The translations under genes and the position numbers were made by a program. From contig OZ241875.1 of assembly GCA_965203325.1 (NCBI GenBank), positions 3,424,001-3,488,000 of the forward strand: 64,000 bases of DNA, read 5' to 3'. This DNA comes from a bacterium (lineage in GTDB: Bacteria > UBA8248). The notes beneath the pieces are model-generated. The model searched no databases. It had not been told where the DNA came from and saw only the letters and a program-made list of their open reading frames with translations. Positions 10,842-18,820 of this stretch are shown here, in pieces; positions within the stretch are counted from its first letter, which is position 1, and the number at the start of each line of letters is the position of its first letter.

Positions 10842-10902
10842 CGGGCGGACACTTTCGAGCTTCTCTTCCTCAGGAAGCTCGACACCCCTGCAAAACCCTA
10901 CA
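10842..10902. repeat. 61-bp direct repeat, copy 1, with internal hairpin
   Basis: cgggcggacactttcgagcttctcttcctcaggaagctcgacacccctgcaaaaccctaca; 60/61 identical to 13773-13833. Confidence 0.85.
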
Positions 10903-11016
10903 CCCCGTCACCCCTCAATACCCCGAATCCACCGGGACCCGGCGCTGTCGCCATGCCTCCACCCGTTCGGAGCCGATCGAACATCTCAAGATCCGGGATC
11001 AGTGAGGAATGGCGGT

Positions 11017-11100
11017 TGTAGGGACAACCCCTCCTCGGGGTTGTCCGGCCCTCCGTGGTTGTCCTTTACAGGATAGTTGTCATCAGGACAGGCACGGCTA
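11017..11100. repeat. Degenerate GTAG-type REP doublet
   Basis: gtagggacaacccc...ggggttgtcc, then cgtggttgtcc and ggacaggcac remnants. Confidence 0.45.
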
Positions 11101-11192
11101 CGGGATCATCACGCCGCCGCCCGGACGCATAGTTTGCTTCTTCAACAGCCCCGTCCGGGGGAGAGTGGAATGAAAACTCCTGAATCGGGAGG

Positions 11193-11987
11193 CTAGATCG
11201 AGAGCCAGCCGCCGTCGATCGCCAGCGTGTGGCCGGTCACCATCGAGGAGGCGGGGCTCGCGAGGTAGAGGATGCCGCCGGCGATTTCCTCGGGCTCGCC
11301 GAGCCGGCCGAGCGGCGTGCGCGCCTCGATCTCGTCCACGAGCTCGGGCCGCCGCCGGCGCAGGTCGGCGCCGAGTTCGGTGTAGAAGAAGGTCGGCGCG
11401 ATGGCGTTCACCCGGACCCCCCGGCCCGCCCATTCGGCGGCGAGCGAGCGGGTCATGTTGACGATCGCCCCCTTGGTCGCCTGGTAGGGGACGTGGGGAA
11501 TCATCGGGTTCGCCCGAAACCCCATGATCGAGGCGATCGAGACGATCCGCCCCTCCCCCTGGGCCAGCATGTGCTTCGCCGCCCGGCGCGCGCAGACGAA
11601 CGGGGCGGTCATGTTGACCTCGACCACCTCGTCCCAGTCCTCGTCGGGAAACGACTCGGCCGGTCCGGGCCGTATGATGCCGGCATTGTTGATCAGGATG
11701 TGAAGCCCGCCGAACCGCTCGGCCGCTTGGTCGATCACGGTGTCGATGCGCTTGCGGTCGGCGACGTCGAGCCGCCAGGACTCGGCGACCCCGCCGGCGC
11801 CGCGGATCTCCGCCGTGACCCGCTCGGCCGCCGCCGTATCGATATCGGTGACCGCCACATGCGCCCCCGCGCCGGCGAGCGCGAGCGCAGCGATTCGTCC
11901 CAGCCCGCCGCCCGCCCCGGTGACCAGTGCGCTGTCGCCGTCGATGCGGAACAGATCCTCGATCGAAACCTCCTCGAAGCCCGCCAT
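11193..11987 (-). CDS. Short-chain dehydrogenase/reductase
   Basis: TGAGGGLG, NNAG, YQATK, VRVNAIAP, GHTLAIDGGW. Confidence 0.93.
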   Translation of the reverse strand: MAGFEEVSIEDLFRIDGDSALVTGAGGGLGRIAALALAGAGAHVAVTDIDTAAAERVTAEIRGAGGVAESWRLDVADRKRIDTVIDQAAERFGGLHILINNAGIIRPGPAESFPDEDWDEVVEVNMTAPFVCARRAAKHMLAQGEGRIVSIASIMGFRANPMIPHVPYQATKGAIVNMTRSLAAEWAGRGVRVNAIAPTFFYTELGADLRRRRPELVDEIEARTPLGRLGEPEEIAGGILYLASPASSMVTGHTLAIDGGWLSI

Positions 11988-12359
11988 GGCCGCCTCCCTG
12001 AAGACCCCTCCGGTCCCGCATCCCCCCGCCGCTACTCATTCGCGCGGTCAGGTGAGATTTGCGCCCAGATACGCCCCCGCAGAAACCGGTGTTGTTCGGA
12101 GGTTCCTTGCCGGTCTCGCCCAGCGCGGAACTCCGGGGCCGTATCGCCTCTCACCCTGACATTTCGGGATCGATTGAGCAAGGAGCAGCCTGGTGAGAGA
12201 GGAACGCGGCCTTCGATTCGACAAGGAGATCGGCGCCTGGTTCAGGAAGTCGAAGCAGGTTGCCCAGGCGGAGAGGAAACCCTGAGTCCGGCGCATCACG
12301 GGAAAACGCGGTAACGGTAATTGCGGGGAAATGCGGTCTTTTGCGGTTTTATGGAAGCT

Positions 12360-12389
12360 GTAGGGGCGGCTCGCGAGCCGCCCGCTACG
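12360..12389. repeat. GTAG-type REP palindrome
   Basis: gtaggggcggctcgcgagccgcccgctac: GTAG head plus perfect GGGCGGCTCGCGAGCCGCCC palindrome. Confidence 0.7.
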
Positions 12390-12497
12390 GGTTGCGTTCT
12401 CACCGATGCGACGCGGCGGATTGGAGCCGTGCCGGGAAAATGATAGGATTATCTGCTCCACGAGGCTCCACCCCAGACCCCACAAGGCAAACGGACG

Positions 12498-12946
12498 ATG
12501 CAAAGCATCGAGAGACTCGCACCGGGATTCCTCCTTTGCGTATCAACGGGAGTCCTGCTTCTCTTCGGGTATGTTGCGATCCAATGTTCGCTGACCGGCA
12601 TGGAAGCATATGGTTTCCAGACTATTGCGCCCTTGGTGGGCTTGGGGGTTCATACATTTTAGGTCGTCAGGCGGCCGTCACCGGGCCTCATGCGCGCTCC
12701 GCCTTCAGGCGTCTTGTTTCCCTGTATCGTAGTATAGGCCGCGTGGCGAACATCATCGCCGAGGAAGAGCGCGAAGACGACGCGACGAAAATGAAGATCA
12801 TCGAAGCAATCGTCAGAGAACAGATAACCACGGCGAATGACGCGCTGGCGGATTGGCAGGACATCGTTCCTGAATCGGTGGAGGAACTGGGGCAAGAACT
12901 AACAAGAGAGACAACTCAGGAGTCGGGAGGACGGGCAAATGGATGA
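12498..12946 (+). pseudogene. Frameshifted (or mis-sequenced) gene for a ~149-aa protein with two N-terminal TM helices and a helical cytoplasmic domain
   Basis: ATG 12498 gives MQSIERLAPGFLLCVSTGVLLLFGYVAI...FQTIAPLVGLG, then stops. The -1 frame continues GSYILGRQ...PHARSAFRRLVSLY...WQDIVPE to 12946. One extra base at or before the G5 run (12644-12648) joins them. Confidence 0.55.
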
Positions 12947-13394
12947 TCCGATTCGAGGGAAAGTCGCCAAGATTCTCAACGCGCGCGAAGTCGCCATCAA
13001 CCTGGGCAGCGAGCAAGGGGTGCGCCCCGGCATGTATTTCGACGTCGTCGCCCGGTATGAGGACATCGTGGATCCCGACACGAACGAATCGCTGGGCGCC
13101 GTCGAACGCCCGAAAATCAGGGTGAAAATCACCTGGGTGCAGGAAAAGCTGTCCCTGGCTTCCACCTATAGAAGCCGGGAAGTCAACGTCGGGGGAGATA
13201 TTCATGTACGGGATTTCTCCAAAGCTCTACCGGATTTTTCCAGAGCTCTGATGCCGGCCAAATGGGTGAAAAAATACGAGACGTTCAAGACAAAAGAAGA
13301 ACCTGCCGAGCCTCTCGATGAGCAGAAAAGTCTCGTGAAGGTGGGCGACCCCGTCGTCCAGGTGTTGCCGGTCGCCGAACAAGAGCGCGTATAA
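12939..13394 (+). CDS. Hypothetical protein with FlgT C-terminal-like beta-barrel pattern
   Basis: GKVAKILNAREVAINLGSEQGVRPGMYFDV...IVDPDTNESLG. GGAGG RBS; overlaps the upstream gene stop. Confidence 0.7.
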   Translation: MDDPIRGKVAKILNAREVAINLGSEQGVRPGMYFDVVARYEDIVDPDTNESLGAVERPKIRVKITWVQEKLSLASTYRSREVNVGGDIHVRDFSKALPDFSRALMPAKWVKKYETFKTKEEPAEPLDEQKSLVKVGDPVVQVLPVAEQERV

Positions 13395-13453
13395 CCGAGG
13401 CGAACGAGGAGTTTGTAAGTGCTTCGCCTGATGAAGAAACGGAGGAGTAAACA

Positions 13454-13588
13454 ATGGCCAAAGAGCCGATACCACCGCCCTCGAAACGCTTGGTTCGGGT
13501 TGGGGATGGCGTATCGTCCAAGCCCAGGAATTTCGCCAAACCCAAACCGCCTCCGGCTCCCCCACCCAAGAAGCGGGCGAATGGATGA
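13454..13588 (+). CDS. 44-aa Pro/Lys-rich small ORF (below the ORF-track size)
   Basis: GGAGGAG RBS then ATG: MAKEPIPPPSKRLVRVGDGVSSKPRNFAKPKPPPAPPPKKRANG*. Stop overlaps the next start. Confidence 0.45.
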   Translation: MAKEPIPPPSKRLVRVGDGVSSKPRNFAKPKPPPAPPPKKRANG

Positions 13589-13763
13589 CCCGATAATCGC
13601 CGAGGTACGCGCCGCGCGGGATGCGCACGCGGCGCGCTTCGGTTACGACGTGGCGGAAATTTTCCGGGACATTCGGGCCATGCAGGACGCGTCCGGTTCC
13701 GAATACGTCCGCCATCCCGCACGCCGCGTTACCACAATGCCCGACGATTCCCCATCGCCGTAA
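13581..13763 (+). CDS. 60-aa hypothetical protein, type often seen as partner of PIN-domain toxins
   Basis: MDDPIIAEVRAARDAHAARFGYDVAEIFRDIR. No toxin seen adjacent. Confidence 0.6.
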   Translation: MDDPIIAEVRAARDAHAARFGYDVAEIFRDIRAMQDASGSEYVRHPARRVTTMPDDSPSP

Positions 13764-13772
13764 TGCCCGGCG

Positions 13773-13833
13773 CGGGCGGACACTTTCGAGCTTCTCTTCC
13801 TCAGGAAGCTCGACACCCCTACAAAACCCTACA
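13773..13833. repeat. 61-bp direct repeat, copy 2
   Basis: Matches 10842-10902 with one mismatch. Confidence 0.85.
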
Positions 13834-13907
13834 AACCCCGGCAATCCCTCCCCGGGGCTGTTGAATAACCTCTCAAAGGGGGGGTGATGACTCCGCCCCC
13901 ATGAAAC

Positions 13908-14399
13908 CTAGCGGTCTATCGGGTCGCGCGGGTCGAACTCGGTTCCCCACACGCCCCGGCGGTATCGCCTGGCGAGGTTTTCGGCCTCTATCAGCTCCTT
14001 CCGGTAGCGCACGTTGGGGTGTTTCACGAGGGCGCGGCCCAGACCCCGCAACACCACGAGCGCGTTCACGAGGCCGCCTTCTTCGAGGAAGACGTAATAA
14101 AGCGTCTGTCCTGAGGCGTCCACGGGTTTTTCGTCGATTTCGAGGCTCACCGTCCGGTTCTCGATGAGGCGCTTTAAGTACGCATGGGCCTGGCTCGCGC
14201 CCGGCGCGCCGGGAGCGGGGGCGGACACGCCGATCAGGGCGGAGCGCAGCCCGCCGCCGAGTTGAAAGCTCGCCCCGTCGTAGACCTTGGTGACGCGCGC
14301 CTTGAGGCGTCTTGGGCGTTCGGCTCCCTGGGCCGGCGCGGGCGCGTACGCAAGCGTCATCAGGACGAGCGCGCACAGAAAGAGAGTCGTTTTTTTCAT
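13908..14399 (-). CDS. Secreted thermonuclease (SNase) homologue with degenerate active site
   Basis: Signal peptide ending APAQG; RVTKVYDG, LVNALVVLRGLG, AENLARRYRRGVW. Confidence 0.85.
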   Translation of the reverse strand: MKKTTLFLCALVLMTLAYAPAPAQGAERPRRLKARVTKVYDGASFQLGGGLRSALIGVSAPAPGAPGASQAHAYLKRLIENRTVSLEIDEKPVDASGQTLYYVFLEEGGLVNALVVLRGLGRALVKHPNVRYRKELIEAENLARRYRRGVWGTEFDPRDPIDR

Positions 14400-14604
14400 C
14401 CTCGCCTCATTCGTGTTTTATCGGGGATAGCCCCGGAATCCTTCGCGTTCTCATGGAAATATCCACGTCATGGGAGCTTGTTTATACCACAGGGCGAGGC
14501 GGTGCGCTTCGAGCCGAACTTGCGTGCAGGGTGGGGCGCGGGGACAATGAGTATCGGAAATTGACGCCGGAGCATGGAGATACTTACAAAGGAGCAGGCC
14601 GGCA

Positions 14605-15135
14605 TTGGCGGATGCGAGCGAGAAGCGGATATTCATCATCGCTGGGCCGAACGGCGCGGGCAAGACGACCTTCGCCACGGAATTTCTGCCGAACGAGGCG
14701 GATTGCCCTTATTTTATCAACACGGATCTAATCGCCGCCGGATTGAATCCGTTCGGTCCCGATCGGGTTGGCGTGCGTGCGGGCAGGCTGGTCCTGAACC
14801 AAATCCGCGAACACGCGCTGCGAGGAGAGAGCTTCGCCTTCGAGACGACGTTGAGCGGGCGGAATTATGCGCGCCATATTCCACGCTGGCGGGAGCAGGG
14901 CTACCGTGTCAAGCTGTTCTTCCTGCGGCTGCCGACGCCCGAGATGGCGGTCGCGCGCGTCGCGCAGCGCGTTCGGGAGGGTGGCCACGATGTGCCCGAG
15001 GGGGTGATCCGAAGACGGTACGACGCCGGCCGGCGCAACTTCGAGCAAATCTATCGGGGTTTGGTCGACGGATGGGCTTTGTATGATAATTCGGGTGATG
15101 AGCCTGAATTGCTGGAGGAGGAGTCGAGGGAATGA
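14605..15135 (+). CDS. Zeta-toxin-like/AAA_33 P-loop NTPase
   Basis: IIAGPNGAGKTTF, FINTDLIA, SFAFETTLSG, RVREGGHDVPE, YDNS. TTG start. Confidence 0.88.
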   Translation: MADASEKRIFIIAGPNGAGKTTFATEFLPNEADCPYFINTDLIAAGLNPFGPDRVGVRAGRLVLNQIREHALRGESFAFETTLSGRNYARHIPRWREQGYRVKLFFLRLPTPEMAVARVAQRVREGGHDVPEGVIRRRYDAGRRNFEQIYRGLVDGWALYDNSGDEPELLEEESRE

Positions 15136-15353
15136 CCTCACCACAGAACGAGCCGACCCGAAAGCCTCGGGACCCCGATTTCATCGGCGCAGAGGCGGCG
15201 ATGCGCAGGGCCGCCGAGCGCGCGCGCAGGCGGGCGGCGGAAGCGGCCAGGGCTGCCGCGTCCGGAGGCGTGGAACACGAGTTGGGCGAGATACACTGGT
15301 TCTACTACACCGGCCGCGACCCGCGCGAGCGAAGCCCCCGAAAGTCAGAGTAA
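15132..15353 (+). CDS. Small helical partner of the zeta-like ATPase (putative antitoxin)
   Basis: ATGA overlap with the ATPase stop; DPDFIGAEAAMRRAAERARRRA helix. Confidence 0.6.
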   Translation: MTSPQNEPTRKPRDPDFIGAEAAMRRAAERARRRAAEAARAAASGGVEHELGEIHWFYYTGRDPRERSPRKSE

Positions 15354-15519
15354 GGAGTAATGCGAGGGTGTGTCCTGGCGTCAACCCCGTGAAAACCCGG
15401 TCCGAAAGTCACCCCTCCGAGGACTTAAATGTGATAATCTTGCAATGATAGTCGGCGCACGACCCATAACTGCGTCGGCGTTGCCTGCAACAGACGAGCC
15501 GCCGGAATGGAGATGAATC

Positions 15520-16131
15520 ATGAAATGGACCATCCTGACGCTTGCCGCGTCGCTTATACTCTTCGCACACGCCGCAAGCGCGCAGAAGCTCGAAAAGGCG
15601 ATCTTCGCCGGCGGGTGCTTCTGGTGCGTCGAGTCTGATTTCGACAAGGTGCCGGGCGTGGTCTCGACGACTTCGGGCTATACCGGCGGCAGGACCAAGA
15701 ACCCGACCTACAAGGAAGTCACCTACGGCGACACGGGGCACTACGAGGCGGTCGAGATCACCTACGATCCGGCGAAGGTCAGCTACGAGGCGCTGCTCAC
15801 CGCCTTCTGGCACTCGGTCGATCCGACGGATGACGGCGGCCAGTTCTGCGACCGGGGCGATTCCTACAAAACAGCCGTTTTCGCCCTGAACGAGAAGCAG
15901 CGCAAGGCGGCAGAGGCCTCCAAGAAGGCGGCGCAAGAGGCTCTGGGCAAACCGATCGTCACCCCGATACTCACCGCCGCCACGTTCTATCCCGCCGAGT
16001 ATTATCACCAGAACTATTATCAGAATAATTCGTACCGCTACCGCTACTACCGCTTCTCGTGCGGCCGCGACAGAAAGCTCAGGAACCTCTGGGGCGAGCA
16101 CGCCTTCAAGGGCATCCCGAAACTCAACTGA
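15520..16131 (+). CDS. msrA: Exported peptide methionine sulfoxide reductase A
   Basis: FAGGCFWC, GHYEAV, GQFCDRG, AEYYHQNYY; N-terminal signal peptide. Confidence 0.95.
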   Translation: MKWTILTLAASLILFAHAASAQKLEKAIFAGGCFWCVESDFDKVPGVVSTTSGYTGGRTKNPTYKEVTYGDTGHYEAVEITYDPAKVSYEALLTAFWHSVDPTDDGGQFCDRGDSYKTAVFALNEKQRKAAEASKKAAQEALGKPIVTPILTAATFYPAEYYHQNYYQNNSYRYRYYRFSCGRDRKLRNLWGEHAFKGIPKLN

Positions 16132-16170
16132 AGCCGCGCCGTTCTCGGTCGCGGCAAACGCTCACTCACC

Positions 16171-16343
16171 GGGGTTGTTGAAAAAGCCTCGATTTACGAT
16201 GTTTTGACACGACCCGGGAGGGGAAGGTTTTTGTAGGGGCCGCATATATGCGGCCCTTGTAGTGGGTGAAAAAAATTAGGGTCGCATATATGCGACCCCT
16301 ACACACAAGCTAATTTTCCCTTTCCGGCTTTTTCAACAACCCC
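16171..16343. mobile_element. MITE-like element A (173 bp) with 18-bp terminal inverted repeats and internal REP doublet
   Basis: GGGGTTGTTGAAAAAGCC (16171-16188) and GGCTTTTTCAACAACCCC (16326-16343) are perfect TIRs. Inside: gtaggggccgcatatatgcggccc and gggtcgcatatatgcgacccctac. Confidence 0.75.
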
Positions 16344-17029
16344 TACGAGGCTTGGTTGCGCTCCAGCATGTCCAGCACGTCGTCGGTTTTCGTTATCCAG
16401 CCGAATTTCGATTCGAAGTTGTAGAGCGTCGCCTCGCGGGTGAAGTCAGGTCCCGTGTGATCCATCGCGTCCTCGACGAGAATGGGCCAGAACTCGCGGA
16501 AATAGGCCTCGCGCGCCGTGCTCTCCACGCAGACGTTCGTGGCCACGCCGGTGAAGAGGATGTGCCGGATGTCGAGGCCGTTCAACTGGTTTTCCAGCGT
16601 CGTTCCCGCGAAGCCGCTGTAGCGGGCCTTCTTTACGACGAGGTCGTCCGGCTCGGGCTTGAGTTCGTCGATGATCTCCCACCCCCACGTCCCCTCGATG
16701 ATGAGCTTCTCGCGGTCCTCCGGGCGCTCCTCGATCATCTTGAACGCCATGTGCTTGCGCACGTTGGGCGACTGCGGCCCGCCTGCGTCGCTCAAGTCCG
16801 GCTTGTAGCCGAACTGGAGATAGATGACCTTCACGCCCGCCGCGCGCGCCGCATCGAGCAGTCGCTGATGGGCCGCGATGACGGGGTTCGTGCGGGCCTC
16901 ATCGATGCCCGTTCCCAAATCGAGCATTCCGCCCTTCTTGGCATAAGCGTTCTGCATGTCGACCACGATGAAAGCGGTTCGCCCCAGGTTGATCTCCACC
17001 TCCCGGGGCCGCGCCTTGAGGATTGCCAT
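16343..17029 (-). CDS. rutB: Isochorismatase-family cysteine hydrolase, RutB-like
   Basis: VVDMQNAY, DAGGPQSPN, KARYSGF, TGVATNVCVESTAR, ATLYN...FGW. Confidence 0.8.
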   Translation of the reverse strand: MAILKARPREVEINLGRTAFIVVDMQNAYAKKGGMLDLGTGIDEARTNPVIAAHQRLLDAARAAGVKVIYLQFGYKPDLSDAGGPQSPNVRKHMAFKMIEERPEDREKLIIEGTWGWEIIDELKPEPDDLVVKKARYSGFAGTTLENQLNGLDIRHILFTGVATNVCVESTAREAYFREFWPILVEDAMDHTGPDFTREATLYNFESKFGWITKTDDVLDMLERNQAS

Positions 17030-17223
17030 GCGTCTTCTCCATGGATTTCAGGACAAAATTTTCTTCAGTGCTTCTTTATAGCACAGGGGGCGAAGCGATG
17101 CGCCCCACCAGGCTGAGGGGGGAATTCTTTCGACGGGGGAGGGGCTGATGAAACACCTGGCATGTGACCCCTGCGAAGATCGCTTCCAACCGAGGAGAAT
17201 CCCAAATCCACTCCCCCCTTGAG

Positions 17224-17399
17224 GGGGTTGTTGAAAAAGCCTTCATCGGGCGGATCTCTTGTGTAGGGGTCGCATATATGCGACCCGGCCTTTTTGCCTT
17301 CCAACGACGGGCCGCATATATGCGGCCCCTACACTCCCTTCGCCAAGGCGTAATCCCATTGCCGTCATTCCGGCATTGCAAGACTTTTTCAACAGCCCC
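17224..17399. mobile_element. MITE-like element B (176 bp), inverted relative to element A
   Basis: GGGGTTGTTGAAAAAGCC (17224-17241) and GACTTTTTCAACAGCCCC (17382-17399). Same REP doublet in reverse-complement order. Confidence 0.72.
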
Positions 17400-17479
17400 A
17401 TATTCGTGTCCCTTTTTTCTGATTTTTGGATTCGCCGGAATGACGATGTGATGAATTCCAAGGTGGGAGAGAACCCACG

Positions 17480-17507
17480 GTAGGGACAGGTCGCGACCTG
17501 TCCCTAC
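17480..17507. repeat. GTAG-type REP palindrome
   Basis: gtagggacaggtcgcgacctgtccctac, perfect 28-bp palindrome. Confidence 0.75.
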
Positions 17508-17756
17508 AGGTCAGAGACCCAGACCACAGTTCGCGAACCGTGGAACGAAAACGCAGGTACACACCCACGCTACCTGATTTGACCCATGAAAAGGCTACGA
17601 GAAACCAGTTGGCTCGACCTTATCCGCCCTTATGAAAGCCCTCTTCATTGCGGCTCACTCTCCTTGCCCCTACAATGTCAAACCCGACTGAGAAAGGAGG
17701 GTTTGCGTGATTCATATTGCCGGACAGGTTCGTAATTCGTTTGGGAGCGCAGGTTC

Positions 17757-18737
17757 GTGACCGACATAGCGACGCTGAAAGAGGGCGAGCGGTTCGACGC
17801 TTTCTTCAAGATCCGCGAATACGAGGCGCGCCAGAGCCGCGCGGGCCGGGACTATCTCGATTTGACCCTCGAAGACGCCACGGGCGATATCCCCGCCAAG
17901 GTCTGGGAGCCCGCGACGCAGGTGCAGGGCGAAATCGGGGCGGGCGATTTCATCAAGGTGCGCGCCATGGCGGAGAACTACCAGGGCCGCCTGCAACTTC
18001 GGGTGGAGCGCGTCCGCCGGGTGAACGAGCAGGATTACGAGAGCGGCTTCAGGCCCGAGGACTGCGTGCAGCGAACGCCCTATGACATCGATGTCATGTG
18101 GGAGGAGGCGAAGCGCATCGCGGGCGGCTGCCACCCGCTCGTGGCGGCCTATCTCACCGCCATCCTCGACGCATATGAAGAAAAATTCCGCGAGTGGCCC
18201 GCCGCACAGCGCATCCACCATCCCTACCTGGGCGGCCTACTGGAGCACACTCTTTCTGTTACGAAAACGTGCCTGTATCTGGCGGATAAATACGACGTCT
18301 CGAAAGACCTCCTCGTCGCGGGCGCGCTCTTGCACGACATCGGAAAGCTGGAGGAACTCTCCACCGAGGGCGCGACGCACTACACTCCTGCAGGCCGCCT
18401 CCTCGGCCACATCGTGCTGGGGCGCGACATCGCCCGTGAGTGGGCGGGCCGCGAGGGCGTGTTCCAGGATGGAGAGACGCTGCCGGAGGATTTTCTGCTC
18501 CATCTGGAGCACCTCATCCTCTCGCACCAGGGGCAGCCCGACTGGGGCACGGTGAAGGTGCCCATGTCGGCGGAGGCGCTCCTGCTCCACTACGCGGACG
18601 ACATGGACGCGAAGTTCAACATCGTCAAGCGCGCGGTGGCCGAAGACAAAGGCGATGAGGAGTTCACGGCCAGAAATCACGTGATGGCGCGCGTCTTCTA
18701 CAAGGGCGGCCCGCCGCTCCCGCCGGAGAATGGATAG
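17757..18737 (+). CDS. yhaM: OB-fold plus HD-domain 3'-5' exoribonuclease, YhaM-like
   Basis: YLDLTLEDATG..AKVW, HHPYLGGLLEHT, LLHDIGK, HLILSHQG, LHYADDMDAK. Confidence 0.85.
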   Translation: MTDIATLKEGERFDAFFKIREYEARQSRAGRDYLDLTLEDATGDIPAKVWEPATQVQGEIGAGDFIKVRAMAENYQGRLQLRVERVRRVNEQDYESGFRPEDCVQRTPYDIDVMWEEAKRIAGGCHPLVAAYLTAILDAYEEKFREWPAAQRIHHPYLGGLLEHTLSVTKTCLYLADKYDVSKDLLVAGALLHDIGKLEELSTEGATHYTPAGRLLGHIVLGRDIAREWAGREGVFQDGETLPEDFLLHLEHLILSHQGQPDWGTVKVPMSAEALLLHYADDMDAKFNIVKRAVAEDKGDEEFTARNHVMARVFYKGGPPLPPENG

Positions 18738-18820
18738 AATGTTTGCTCGTGCGGCCATTCTCGTCTCCTGCGTGCTCCCCCACGCGCCCCGCCCCGGGCC
18801 ACTGCCGGAGAGACCAGAAA

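Noticed and set aside
17510..17756. Possible ncRNA upstream of yhaM (CAAACCC...GGGTTTG hairpin)
   Set aside because: Only one short hairpin; no tRNA, 6S, SRP or riboswitch consensus recognised.
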